Assembly (NCBI RefSeq): GCF_009914755.1
Contig: NC_060926.1
From: the human T2T-CHM13v2.0 reference genome, Homo sapiens
Length of the DNA stretch: 64,000 nucleotides
Reading direction: 5' to 3' (one strand)
Shown: positions 13,151 through 34,612 of the stretch, piece by piece
How the letters are laid out: every line of letters starts with the position of its first letter
Numbering within the stretch: the first letter of the stretch is position 1
Translations under genes and position numbers: made by a program
The notes under the pieces: model-generated
What the model was told of the DNA's origin: nothing
Seen by the model: the letters and a program-made list of their open reading frames with translations, nothing else
Databases searched by the model: none

Positions 13151-14429
13151 TAAATTGCTTTAGTTTGTATTTATTATTTCTCTTATTTTCCATATTCTTT
13201 TCCTCCTCCCCTAAATTGCATATCCCTTTGAAAATGGATTATGCATCTAATTATGTAGTGTGGATTCATTCATTTATATAATAATTGACAGCCTGTGTGC
13301 CATGTACTGAGCAACTCGTACCACTCCAGTAAGTTGGACCTTGCTGAGACTAAGTGAATGTTCAGTAAAGTCTTTCAGAGTTGAACTGATTTGAATATTA
13401 AAAACAATAAACAGCAAAGAAGACAGGTAAAGAGTTAAGGAGCTGTATCATAAAATATAGGCAGGGAGCATGCAAATTATGTTCCCTCTCTGCTGGAGTT
13501 GCTGACCCTAATGGCTTTTGCTTATCATTTGCAAGCCTTTCTTATTCTCAGTTTACTTCAGTCACCTTCACTGTCAAAGCAGGACAGTAATACTTGCTGA
13601 CCTTTCAGGGATGGAAGAAAGAGCCAAAAAAACCATGCAAATGATTGCATACAAATGATCAGGCTGAGAGTGGCTCAATATAAATGCTAACTAGAAAAGG
13701 ATGCAATTCACTTCACGCTATAATTTCAGTGCACAAGGAGACATCGGACCATCGATTACCCCCTCTTATATGTGAAAAATAGATAAAAAGAAATTTAGCA
13801 TTCACAACTATAACAAAACGTTTGTTCAAAGCTCTTGTTATAGTAAGTCTTCTTTAAGAACCAAATGTTTATTTTGAAAATATAGTCATGAAGTAAATAG
13901 AAAATGTGTATAACCATCATAATTTTCTAGGAATAGAATAGAGATGTAGACTTTACCATTTGAATCAAACAATTTCTTCTCCCTTGATCATTCAAATAGA
14001 AGAGGGAAAACCCACTGTGAAGTTACAAACCCAGATAAAAACTTTTAGCTGTATTTTTTTACTCTTTACTCCAGATTTCCATCTTTAATATAAATAAGGT
14101 TATAAATGGTTGGTTCTGTTAGTTTATGTAACATGTTTTAATTTTTTTGTATGCTTTCCTACTACATATTGCTATGGATATTAAGTTTGATGTATACATT
14201 ATTATATAATACATGGTTTTACACTAAAATAGATATGACATCAGTGATCTTGAGCAGGCAAGACACAAGGGTAGATGTAGAAAAATATTATGTTGAATTT
14301 CTATTCAACATGCTTATTTCATTTAATACCATACAGACTAGGTGGAAAAACTCTATTTTAATCAATGTATTGATTCCAACCCCAACTTCTTTCCTACCTT
14401 TTCTTCTTTCTTTTTTTTCTTACTTTCAT

Positions 14430-17330
<2,901 letters not shown>

Positions 17331-19139
17331 TCTGATCCCATTTTTAAATTCTTTTATCAAGTATGGTGCTAGTTGGAAGTTGATTGTACAGTATCTTTTA
17401 CACTATCTTTTACCAACACAACCTCATTCTTCTTTTTAAAGAAGAAGGTGAATAATTATTAAATAAGCATATTCACTTTCTTCTTATTAAATAAAAAGTG
17501 AAAAATTTTGTCTCTTTGTCCAAGTTGATTTTAATGTGCCTTAAGACAACAAGATAGACATATTCAGAAGGTCAGAAAGGTCTAAATATTAAGATAGATA
17601 TTAACGTGAGACATTAATATTTGGAAATATTAAAAGAGTTGGAATCGTCTTGGAGAGTTGGGTCAAAATGATCAGAGAAAAGGTGAAGATTGGAACTCTG
17701 CAGAACATCAATAATATGTCACCTCAATGAATGTCTATATGACTCTTCAATCTATCTAAGGCATAGTAATAGCTTAATACCTAATTAATTATTAGTACTT
17801 TATATGATTATTAAATTAAGTAAGGTTACTTACTCTAAGTGTCAGTTCTTTCTCGTATTCTATTGCATTAGTTGTACATATCCAGAGAGGTATTTTAAAT
17901 TAGAAATGCAGGTAAATTTCACCATCAGGGCATTAAATAAAAACTTGTTGATTTATAAATATGTGTGTATATTCCAAAGTGTCTAAAATTTCTCATTGGT
18001 AACACCTGAGAGATATAGCATCATGGCCAATGTATATATCTTTCAATGAAAGGCAAGATTTATAAAGTTTTAAGTGCTTTAAATGAAATTTCCATTTATA
18101 TATATCAGGTTACTATATGTAGCAACTATCAATTAGCCATTTCTGATTACTTTTTATAAAACTATGTCATATATAAACCTTAGGCACATTTTAATGAAAA
18201 ATAAATAAAAAAGTAGTAGATCTATTATCATCACCATAATTTATCAATGTTTGGGCTACATTGCTGATTACGTCACTTAAAATACCAATTTAGAAAATTT
18301 ACACAGTAAATCAAAGAAATAATTGAATATCAAGGATGTTTTGATTTTGTTTTAGATAACCCCTGTTGCTTTACATAGCTTTTTTCATTTGTAATACAAG
18401 ATTTCCTTATATGTCCTTCCAAAATTTAAAATAAGTTTGTTATAGTAAAACTTGTGTCTGTTCACTCATTACCTAATTAATAACGTCTCCAATATATTTC
18501 ACTGATTAGTAAGTTACTTAATCAAATAGTATATTAAATAATGTCACATATACTGAGTGATGACATTAATGTCAAGACCTCTTCATTTTTATTTACAAAA
18601 TATGCTTAAACATTTTCCATTTCTTATTATATCTATAAAGATAAGCATGTTTATGAAAATTAGACACACAAATTATTTCTCGCCTGCTAGGAACTTTTGA
18701 TTCATTCAGCAAATATGATGCCAAAATTATTGCAAAGTGAGCATCAATAGTTATACTGATTTGAATCCTAAGAAACTAAAGAAAATGTTGTGAAATATAT
18801 CATTTTATGACATTAACTACTGAGACCATCAGACCCATAAATAGTGAAGTGCTATATAACAATGATGATAATATATTATATATGCACAAATAACATTTTT
18901 CCATTAACTTATGCGTACAAATTTTTACCAGACAGATAAAGCAGTCAGTTTAAAATAATAAAAGCTTGGAACTATTTTTGTGTGTCAATTCTGGAAAAAG
19001 GCAGGCGCTTGCTTCACGTCATCTAAGACAAGACACTTTTGACTGACTGTAATTCAGTGTACTTTTTCCACTACACATTAATCAGTTTCTACTGATTTAT
19101 CCAACTCTTAACTATTACTGCAAGATCATACTAGCCTTC

Positions 19140-19515
19140 TGCCTTGCATCTGTCACCTCTCGCTCCCGTGGTGAGAAACCTGGTACCTAACATCTATCAT
19201 CCATTTCCCTTAATCGTTCAATGCCAGTATACATCCATAGTGGTATCAGGATTGTTAAGCTGTACCAGGGTGGGGAAAATATTTCTTAACTAGAGTATGG
19301 TGCTTATGTACAATATCTTTTGTCAACAATTTTATGGACTCCACTAATTTCCAAAGTTACTTACGTCAACACCTTGTCCCTCTACCCCCTTCTCAGTGTG
19401 GTTGGTTCATATATTTACAGTACAGATAGATTCTCTGGCCAGAGTCTGCATTTCTTTCTGGAACTATGTAGTCTGCTAAATAGTTTTTGAAAATTTACAT
19501 ACATTAAGATTCAAC
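19140..19515 (-). mobile_element. Old L1MC/L1MD-like 3'UTR fragment
   Basis: gtgagaaacctgg...tccatttcccttaatcgttcaat...aactagagtatggtgcttatgtaca...ccaaagttactta resembles the recalled L1MC/MD 3' end. Confidence 0.5.
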
Positions 19516-19617
19516 AAATAATTTTTCAGGAAGCATCCCTTTGAAAAGTAAATTAACTACCCTTAAATAAATGTAAGATATATAGAAAACACAATTTTAT
19601 ACTCTTACTTTGGTTAA

Positions 19618-20011
<394 letters not shown>

Positions 20012-21861
20012 TGCAAAGTTAATCATTAAAACATAAAATTAATACTTTTATTTCTTTTTTAAAAAAATACTGTTTTTCAACATTATCCTCAGCCTATCAC
20101 CCAAACCTGTATATATCCCTTACTTCCCCAACGAGTCTGAAGGTTTTCGGAAGTATGGTGGTATGTTCTGGTGATTGACTTGTATGGAAACATTATAAAT
20201 TGGAACAATAGGGCCAAGAATGGAAAGTGAGAAAAAATTTAAATTGGAGTAAAAATATGAGAGGATAAAAATGAGATTTCTGGTGCATCTATTTAACTCA
20301 ATCTAACATTTCAGGAAGGCTCTCATTGGTCACAGTGGCTGGGGCAGAGGCAAACATATTAAATGGTAGTATGTACCAAATATCCCTCTGTGCAGTATCT
20401 GACAGCAATCCAGTAGAAATGAGATGAAGAAAGATGATTGCTTAGCTGAAATAAACAAGGCTTCCATTAATTAGAAACCAGTTTCATGCAAGGCATAAAA
20501 GGGGAAACACTTCCCTCTTCAATTTTCACTATTAACTTGAGAAAAAGAAAACAAGTCTAGGCTTTATAAATCAAAATGTGTTCTTCCTTCCCATTTAAAA
20601 ATATTTACTTTTTCATGTGATGTAAAAATAATTGTCACAGAACCAGTAGAATTCTAGCATTGTTTATTTTATATGTGGTGAGCAGGAACATATTTAGAAA
20701 CCAGCCACAAGGCAGTAAAATTGATTTCTGGTTTATCTGGTATAGCTTTGAGTCCCTCACTGAGCCAGGGAATAATTGATTGCTGCAAGCCTTGTAGCAG
20801 TGGTTAAAAATTGATAAATGCTAAAGAGAGCACGATGGTTTATAGCTTCTTAAAGATTGTGGAACCTCTATATTTCTCTCTCATCACCAGCTCTAGATCA
20901 TGCGGTAAAATTTAAAAGGCTTTTTGTCTTTTCCTTTGTAAATTATGTTCAGCCACTCAGGAACCCTGTAGCTGAGAGGACCATGGGAACCTTTTAGTTA
21001 AATAAGGAGACGTGTGATTTATAAATGCAGGTTATATATTGAGTAGTATTTTATTGCTTTGTAGTAGCCACACCAATTAGAAAAAAAAGACAACTTTGAC
21101 AATATCTTTCAAAGTGGCTAACTAATGTTTGGACTTTAAAAATGAATAGAATACTAAGAAAAAGTATTGAAATTTCTGCAGTGTTTCTCTATTTCAGCAA
21201 TTTATAATTGTAGCTTTTAGAACTGGAAGAGAACTCAAGCATAGCATACTGCTTTTATTAGTCAGTTATTATTATTTCCATGTTATATAGAAGCTACAAT
21301 GTTTTCAAAGTTGAAAGATTAATTAAAATTCTCTAATTGTATCTTTCTCTAGTTAAATGTGTAACTTCTAGAAACATTAATTTTCAAATTCCTTAATAAT
21401 TTTAAACTAGTCCAAATAATTTTTCCATTCTTTTATTAGATTAAGGTAACATTTCTAACAGTTTAAAAAATATTTTAGGTGACACATGAAAATATATGAG
21501 AGGTTTATACCAAAAAAGTACATTAAAACATTTCATAGACTAACAGAACTAGGAAATATCTTCTGTATTAAATTATCAAGTTAAATTAAATTTTATATTA
21601 ATTACCAAGTATTTTCTCTCAACTCAAACCTTATGAAACTCATGGTTAGCAATAATATAAATGATTTGAAAATTACATTACAGCTTTCACAATTTTTAAT
21701 GTTTATTATAAACCTACATTAAGAGAATAATTTTCTAATTACCTTAAAAGAGCACTTTATAAAAGCTTAGGTGTGTTTTCTGGGTCTACATTGAAGAGTT
21801 TTACTGCATTTACCTTTTCTACCTTTTTAAAAATAATTTATAAGATAAACTAGGAACAGAG

Positions 21862-21863
<2 letters not shown>

Positions 21864-21901
<38 letters not shown>
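21864..21901. repeat. (AC)19 perfect microsatellite
   Basis: Uninterrupted AC repeat. Confidence 0.97.
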
Positions 21902-21903
<2 letters not shown>

Positions 21904-23001
21904 CATCACTTTACATTCATGGCCCCTTTCCTTGGATGATTTTGGTGGAGAGGGGAATTACATACCAATTACGAACTGAATTAGGTTATTATTCCTGAAC
22001 ACTGCGTACACCATCCTAACATGCCCAGCCTCCACTGGGCATTAATAATTTTTAAAATACACCACTTGGGAAATTTATTTTAATGGATAAATGCAGAAAC
22101 AATAGTGTGAAAACCTCCCTAAGGTAACAGGGCATTGATGGCATGGCATTCTGCAGATTCTAGAAGGCAAGGAAAAAACCCTTTAGAACCTAGAGACATG
22201 CAAAATATATTATAGTCTGTTCCAAATCCCTTACACTCATTAGGTTATTAAAAACTTCAACATGATTTAAGTATATTTCATTCAGTAAGTGAGAAAAGCA
22301 ATAAAAATGGTTGTTATTATCATAAACTTAAAGAGTTCATCTAAAAATACTCTGCAAATTATCAACCGTCACATATAATAACAAGTGAACTAGCCCATTG
22401 GATGACATTCAAATTAGTAACCAGGTTCCACTGACACAGCTTAGAAATTTACAATTATTTTACCATCCTAGTTGATTCTAAATACATTTTGCCAGCATAG
22501 CTATTTCAAACTTTTCTAATTTAGGTTTGGTAATATATTAATTAAAAAGTTTTAAGGACTTTAGGTCTACTCTTCAGTCTTCACTGTACTCTGAGTTTAA
22601 TTTGAGCCACACTAGCTGAAGGCCTGGAGCATAAAAGGGATTGTGCAATCTATGTTGCTTAATAGAATTCAAAGATAACTAAGTTACAACATCCATTTAT
22701 AGAATATGGCCATTTGTAGGGAAGAGTTCTTTGCAAATGTTTCTCTTAAGGTAGTGACAACAGAAAGAAAAGACTATGGGTCACTACAAGTTATAGCACT
22801 GTGTGAAGAAAGCATTCGTATTTACTTGAGCAGATCTTACATAAAAGGAATGTTTTTCTGAGAAGTTTGAGCCAATGTATAAGGGAAAAAAATGAATGGT
22901 AAAGTATAAGTAATGTTAACAGAATGCCAGAATTGACCACAGTAAGTAAAAGAAAGTAAATACTTATATGCGCATGTATAAAATAATTAGAAATCTACCA
23001 A

Positions 23002-23497
23002 TAAATCATGCTGCTATAAAGACACATGCACACGTATGTTTATTGTGGCACTATTCACAAGAGCAAAGACTTGGAACCAACCCAGATGTCCAACAATGAT
23101 AGACTGGATTAAGAAAATGTGGCACATATACACCATGGAATACTATGCAGCCATAAAAAATGATGAGTTCATGTCCTTTGTAGGGACATGGATGAAGCTG
23201 GAAACCATCATTCTCAGCAAACTATCTCAAGGACAAAAAACCAAACACCGCATGTTCTCACTCATAGGTGGGAACTGAACAGTGAGAACACATGGACACA
23301 GGAAGGGGAACATCATACACTGGGGACTGTTGCGGGGTAGGGGGAGTGGGGAGGGATAGCATTAGGAGATATACCTAATGCTAAATGACGAGTTAATGGG
23401 TGCAGCACAACAACATGGCACCTGTATACATACTTAACAAACCTGCACGTTGTGCACAAGTACCCTAAAACTTAAAGTATAATAATAATAAAAAAAA
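23002..23497 (+). mobile_element. 5'-truncated L1PA4/5-like element (~0.5 kb)
   Basis: ORF2 C-terminus (ORF 23036-23278 ...[13 protein letters not shown]), 3'UTR and poly(A). TSD agaaatctaccaa at 22989-23001 and 23498-23510. Confidence 0.93.
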
Positions 23498-23522
23498 AGA
23501 AATCTACCAAAATATTAGTGGC

Positions 23523-26867
<3,345 letters not shown>

Positions 26868-27099
26868 AGTTGAAGTTGGTTGTAATTCTCAATTCTTTGC
26901 TTTAAACATCCATGTATTTTCTAAATCATCTACAATGAATTTTTGTATAAATTAACTTTATATACATATATATGTAGAAAGACTACCCTGCTACAGAAAT
27001 TATATGAATTGAAATATTATAATAAATTATAATTATAATTAGAAAAAATAAGTATTTTGTAATCTTAAATATACAAGTCTTCTTTTGTGCTCTTTATAT

Positions 27100-27360
27100 A
27101 GGCAGTGTGGCACAGGGAAAAGAAAACTGCCATTTTTGAAGCCAGAGTGAGTCAAATCCTAGACAGAAGCACTCAAGTGTAGATAGGAAAAAATTACTTA
27201 AAACCTAGCTGGGAGAAATTATTTAATCTCTGCAAATCATATTTTCTTTATATGTAATATGAAGACAATAATAAGACATACTTCATCAGGCTGCTGTGAA
27301 GTTTAAGTGAATTAATATTTGGAAAAAACAAGAAAATATCTAGCAGAGTGACTCTCAATG
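27100..27360 (+). mobile_element. MIR SINE
   Basis: ggcagtgtggcacagggaaaaga...ttatttaatctctg...cagggctgctgtgaagtttaagtga. Confidence 0.6.
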
Positions 27361-29689
27361 AGTTTTAATGTCAGTAATAAAATGCAGTATATGCTCTCCT
27401 TCTCTAATGTCTCTTAGTTGTGAAAGATCTCCCTCAACCATATATCTGAAATTATCATCACCTGAAATTGTCATTATCCTCAGAAGGGTTTCATATTAAC
27501 TAATTTCTACTTAGGTGCCAATGGCTAAACCTACTTCTCTTCTATCAGTGAGGAAAGAGCAAAAAAGGGCTGAGCTGATAGGAATAAGTAGAAAATAAGA
27601 AACAGTATAGAAGTAGGGAAGGGAAGGAGAGTGCAGAGAAAAAGAGATAGATGCAAATAAAAAAAATGTTTTTCCAGTGGCTGACAATGATGCTTGTTTC
27701 CAAAATTTAAATGTGAAATGCTTCTTGTTCAATGATTTTTCCCACAAATAATATCTACCAGAAATACTACTATTACTTTTGTTTTAAAATGTAGAGTTGT
27801 TTTTTAAGGAAATACATACAAAGTACATTCCTTTAGGAAGTACATTCTTTAGGAAGGTCCACACTAATGTGAATGAGGAAGCATCTATTAACTGTCTTAT
27901 ATGTATCCTGTTGTGTCAGGTACTTTGGTTTAATATATTCTTATAGTTTATAAGAGAAAACATATGGTCTCTGAGAAATTATATGACATAAAACTTTTAA
28001 ATATAGATCCCCCCAAAATTGCTTTCTTTTATGTGGTAATTGAAATTGTCTATTTATCTCTCTTTTTATTTACCATCAAGAAATAAGTCATGAGGAGAAA
28101 TTATAGCAGCAGAACTTTTCCCCTACTTCATGTATTCATTTTTTAAAAATCATCTTCCTTTATTTATTTACTTTAGTTCATTATGGCTTAACTCAGTCTC
28201 ACCCAATTACATGAGCTGTTCATAATGGTGTCTTACTTCAGCAGTCCAGCCAGCTGTGATTGAAGTCAGCCAGGAATGCCGACTACAGATCAGAGCACCT
28301 GTGAGATTATCAGTTCCATGTGGAATGTCAGACGTATTCTAAACTAGAGTAATTGACTTGGCCAGGATGAGGGGTCAGGAGTGTCATTAAAAATATATAG
28401 CTTGGTATGATTAGCTGCAGAGAAGAACATTCAAGAGCTGGGGGCCCTGGAATCTCCATCAACTTCACAGGTTTAGGTGCTTGGAAGTGGATTTTGGAGG
28501 GATTGCTGTGATCTTTGACAAACTTAATGTATCATTCACTTAGGCTGTCATTCAGCAAACCTTCTGTGAAAATAGATTCATCACAAAAGGCCATGACATT
28601 AAAGCTGTATACAACTCTTGAACAGAGTCAAAAAAAAAACTGGATCTTTATGACTTCCTGAGTGTTCTCTTTTACAAAATCAGGACCACAGACATGTGCA
28701 TGCCTGCATGCAAATGTACACAAAGACACACATTCACACACGCACACTCTCACAAACATACCCCTTGTTGTAGAAAATAGTATAGTCAAAGTCATAGCCT
28801 GATTCTGGCAATTATCTGAGACCCAACAGCATGTGTTTTACATATTTATACTCACTATTGATTTAAATTTTGTTATTCACTCCCTTTTCCTATTGTCTTA
28901 TTTTCTTCCTTAACATATTTTTATATTTCCTATTTTAGCGATTTTAAATTCTTTCTGGAACGACGTTGGCACAAATCAAAAATTAAATCTTATAAAGTGC
29001 TCTATGGTCATAGGCAAAATGGAATCTGTAGATAATCAAGTTCCTGAAGGGATGTGAAACCAACTGCTACAAGGATAAGCTAGAAGAATCAGAGATTTTT
29101 GGCCTGAAGCACACACAGAAGACTACTTTTAGAGGGGTCTGATGTCACTAACTTCTTGAGATTGCTGCCATTTTTAACATACAGCTAGCTGGATAGAAGA
29201 AGACAGTCTCAGATAAATGACCAGTTCAGGCCACCAATGTCTCCTTCCAAAAAGGCCTGTACTGCTGTACATGCCAAGGGTTAGAGATTTTGGGGCCAAC
29301 TTTTTCCAGCATGTCTTATATCCTTCAATAAGTTGGTTACTTTGCAAAACATTAGACCACTTAATAATCAATTTCCTCCATGGATTCACTCATACTTTGT
29401 CCTCACACTATTCTGGACTCCTTTCTCTTGATTTTATTTCTCCAAGTGATTCAATTGTGTCTTTTGGGACACTTATAAGTAAACATTTCCACATCCTCAG
29501 CTTTATCACAGAATTTTCACTTCCTTGCCTTAAGTGTCCCTGGAGGCTGCTGATCTTACAAGTAAATGTCTGGAGATAGGGTTGACAGCTCTTGAAGGCA
29601 GTGCCATTATGAAATCAATCCTAGTCTAAGTAGACATTTTGGGTACCATGCCTTCTTATCTACTTTTGGGCTGTGAGCATCCAGTCATT

Positions 29690-30210
29690 TTATTTTACCG
29701 TACAACTAGAGGTAACTTCTTAAAGTACCAAGTATATCATTCCCTGGTTTAAAGACCTTTAACTGTTAACTATTGCTCTGCATATAAAATCTTAACTTTT
29801 GCCATAACTAACAGGGATCTTCTTGATCTAATTCCATCTCAGATCTTAATGTTGTCTACCTGCTGTGCCTGAGGTTTACTGAGTTGCTGACACTTCCTAA
29901 AACATGCCTTGTTCTCTTACTTTTGGGCCTTCCGGACACCAGCTTTGCTTTCTTGGCCCCACTGAGGGGGCTTATTTTGTAGATGTCGTTATTTTCGGAG
30001 AGGCTTCTATGAACCACCACCCTCTCTGCAAATTAGGTACTTTTTCTTAGTGCACTCGTCCTCCTTGATCTTATCCTACTGCGACAAAATAATTCTTGTA
30101 ATTGTATGTGTCCACAAATACACTATACATTTTCTATGAATGAAGATTATATCTGCAGCATTCAGTAGCATAACAGAGACTCAATAAATATGTATTGAAA
30201 TGAATTAAAT
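29690..30210 (+). mobile_element. L2 3' fragment
   Basis: tcattccctggtttaaagaccttt... ending in the typical L2 terminus ctcaataaatatgtattgaaatgaat. Confidence 0.6.
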
Positions 30211-31534
30211 TTAATAGCTGATTACAAATAACTGGCTCTAACATAAAAGTAGAGATAAGTTTGCTTTCATTCATGTAAAGTAGCAGATGTGAAACCAATG
30301 AGGGAGCATTATTGGGGGCATATTTTAATCAAAACTACTGAAAAATCTGAAAGAATTATGTAAAGATAAAGTATGCTGTCTTGAGATGTGGTGAGTTTTT
30401 CACCAGAATGACTAAAATATGCCTTAGATCATTAGTCCCCAAACCTTCCTTCTTGTGTACAGACTTCTATTAGTTTTATTTTTCTTCTTTTTAAGTAGAT
30501 ATATTTCTATAGCCAAAAAATATAGATTTGTTTCCGTTATAAAAATGTGCTATTGCGCTAGTATGTTATAATAATCATGAAGCCTGCTATAATACATAAA
30601 ATAGACTACTTAGAGAATAAATGTAAAAAATTTTCTAGTACTTTTTCCTGTGTCTTAATGAATTGCTTTGTGTACCACCCTGGGTCCTTGCTCTACATTT
30701 TGAAATAATTGTAAGGCTATGATTAAATTTTAAACATGATAATATTTTTAATGAATATAGTATAGATTTTTGCCTTGAAATTCTTATTTTGAAAACAATA
30801 TTGAATTTAGGCCAAAGAAAAATGTACTTACTTTGTTATCCTTTTTAGCAAAATCAAATTGCTAATGGCAGTGTTTAGCGTTTTCTGTATGTTGATGACT
30901 ATGCTTCAGTGGCGTAAAATCTAATGCAATAAACCAGCATTTACTAGTTGTGGCATAATGCAAGAAAGCATCATTTTGCTAAGGGATATCTAGGGATTAC
31001 TAGTTCTCTCTCTTTCTGGTCAGATTTAGTCCTAAACTCCATAAGGCATTTACTAACATCTACTTTCAAATGATGAACAACTGTCCTGATCAAAGGAAGA
31101 TGAAAACACAAAATTCTTTATTCTGGAAAACACATCTCCCTAGAGTGTCTCCGCTGCACACTCTTCCACCTTGCATATTTGTATATTCAGACACTAGAAA
31201 ATTCACGTGAAAGGAGCCTCCACTTTACCAATTATCAGAAATATGCAAGTGAATTTAATATCACTAATAGTTGGCATGTCAATGATTAGATAATCTATTT
31301 GAAATGCTTATTCTATAAAGTTGTATTTTAACCAACAGTTTTATGAAGAGTGTTCAGTCCTCATAAAATCATCTCAGTTCCCATTTGTGCACTCAGAAAC
31401 TTACCACTGTGTTCTGTTTTTATCTTTATAATCTATATTTAACAATTGCATTGTATCTTCCCTGGTCTCCAGCTCTAAGCAAATAAATACTCTTCTTCTT
31501 TCTTTTTTCTTGTATATAAATGATTACAGAGAAT

Positions 31535-31655
31535 GGGACAGAGAGAGAAAATGAAGAGACATAGTTAGAGAGATACACAGGCACAGAGAGAGAGAGAGAG
31601 AAAAAGAGGAGGAGAAGAGAAGAGAGAAGAGACAGAGGAGAGAGAATGCAGAGAA
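31535..31655. repeat. GA-rich low complexity with (GA)n
   Basis: agagagagagagagagaaaaagaggaggagaagagaagagag. Confidence 0.85.
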
Positions 31656-32092
31656 TTTACAATTACTATAGAAAATGTGCACATTTTTCATAATAAAAAT
31701 GAGTAAATACTTTCATGATATTATTATCACAGACTGATGATCTGACATAGATTTCGTGCCGTCTACCTGGGTCTCTACACGACAAACCTGAGTTAGATGT
31801 AATGTAGAGATATGTTTCCACATTGCCCTTCTTGGGGAAGGTGAGCCAGTTCTGAGGTGCCTGGTCCTAGTTGTCACAGATGCAGTTATTTCACACTAGG
31901 CTGCCTGCCAGCCTGGATTTGTCTTCCTTTTTTTTTTTTTTGTTTTCAATCTCCCTGGGCTTGCGTCATTACATCAACACATTCTGAAACATCTGTCAGA
32001 ATCCTTGCCAGTTCAAATTTACAAAAGTGCAATAATATTCTATCTCCCCATCACCACCAAATCTTGCTAAAATAAAATCATACATTTATTTA

Positions 32093-32533
<441 letters not shown>

Positions 32534-34384
32534 CTAGTGCTAAATGTTTATGGTTTTGAATCTGAATGTTTTCATAACATTTTATTTTTAGCGTATTTTT
32601 TAGGTTTCCATATTCCAGTGTTGCTGCAACAAATACGTAATGTTTATAATCAGAAAAGCATTGTTAAATAACCTCTGCAAAAACTCTTTAATCTCCCTAA
32701 TCTAGGGATAGGGAATTATTTTATCTATAATTTTAATTCTAATTGTTAGAGTGTGGCTGCCTGGAGCACTGACTTGAAAATAAATCTGAAACCCATCAGG
32801 AAAAAATAATGTCAATTAACATTGGTTGTCATTTGTTCAAGAGGAAAAAGTCGGAGCATGATACCCCATATTTGCCATGCATTCTGAAATGTTTTCTTTT
32901 GTCTTTTACTTTAAAAAAAGATGGATGATTTTATTTATATATTAGAACTCATGATCTGTATTTTCAACTCTGCTCCAGTAAGTCTCTTATTCATTTGGTT
33001 AAAGCACCAATTACACTTACCCCGTAGTTTCTGATTTTTGATAGGACATTAGGAGAAAGACCATACATTTAAGGGAAATGAAAATAAATATCTAAGATGA
33101 AGTGATTATTATAACTTTGCAATATGGATTGAACCTGGACTAAGTACTAGTGCTATATCAGGAAGCTGGATCAATTTGACACCTACTGAAAGTGACACAT
33201 GGGCCTTGCTAAAGAAAGAGTTTAAATCTGGTAGTGCTTCAGAATTTTTATTTCAGTGAGGTTCTGTAAAATTAAATTCATCTGGCATTGTGGGAAAAAG
33301 TTGTATTATATATGAACCAATTTCTTAAATAAGTGCAACTTAATCTTCTAAGAAACTTTAAAATATTTAATCTTGTTGGGTATTTTTTTTTCCATTTTTT
33401 TCTTGCTATTTCTTTAGGGAAAAAAAACAGAATATATAACACTCTTCATTAGTATGGAACACACATACTATTTTATTTCCTATTTTAAAACTTAATTACT
33501 CAAATACTCCATGAATTTATTAGCAATTGATCCAATATTTCCCTCTTTAATGTCAATTGCTGCTCCCTTTTCCTTATGCATAGTACATGGATCCTCAGGA
33601 TTCACTTACGCAGTCCACTGAGCAGTGGCCATTCACACTTTTAATGTGAGGAAGAGTGAGAGAAAGGAAAACAGAAATTATTTCATACCAAAAGAGCCCC
33701 TGATTTTTCACTGCTTCTTTTGTTATTCACATACAGGAGGATATGTTCCTAATCACTTTTATGATGTGAACATGCCTGCACAGTTGCCACTGCTGCATCA
33801 TGTTGGGGTTCCCAAATTTAGACCTTTTTCCACTTACACTTTGTTCTCAACCACTGTGCCCTCAAAATGACCACTATTCCAGCATATCTGAGGTAAGAGA
33901 GAGCTTCTTGCCTGAGACACAAAGTGTGCCCAGAACTAGAATTCTGCTTCTAATACTCAAACTCTGGTGTTATGTTGGAGTTACCAGCCCAGACCTCTTC
34001 CTTTGTAATAAGTTTCCATTTGTGATCAGCAATGGCCCTTTCTGGAACCATCTCAAGCCATCAGTGAAGTTTGACTAACTTTGAAAGGATGGGGGCCTTG
34101 ATCTTTTATTTTCTGAAGATTCCTGGCACACTATGCTAATGTACTCATATTCATTCCTCATACCTAGCTTTGTAAATGTAGAACTCAAACTTTTAAGAAG
34201 ACACTCTCCACAGGAAGTGGATATCTCTTTCCCAACATAAGTGAGGCCACAGATTAGCACAGACAATTAAAGAGGTAAAATCTGCCAAACGTTTTTTTTT
34301 TTATTCTAGCTTAGAAATGATTGGCAAGACTTAAGTTTTTTCCAATACAACTTTTAACTTATCTCTATTACAAATATACACACA

Positions 34385-34612
34385 ATTATTAATTAATTTA
34401 TTAGTTTTCATTGATACCTAATAATTTTACTTTTTTATAGAGCACACAGGATGTTCTGTACACATATAGAATTTGTAACGATCCAATCAAGGTATTTAGG
34501 TTATTCATCATCTCAAACATTTATAATTTCTTTGTGTTGAGTATGTCTCCAATCTTCTACCTCTTCTGAAATATACAATAAACTCTATTTTTAACTACAG
34601 TCACTCTACTTG
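34385..34612 (-). mobile_element. L1MA-like 3' end fragment
   Basis: gatccaatcaaggtatttagg...tctcaaacatttataatttctttgtgttg...gaaatatacaataaa...aactacagtcactctac. Confidence 0.7.

Noticed and set aside
20330-21130. Repeat-poor stretch that might be a conserved enhancer (similarly 28180-28620)
   Set aside because: Conservation or activity cannot be judged from one sequence, and I recognised no diagnostic motif cluster.
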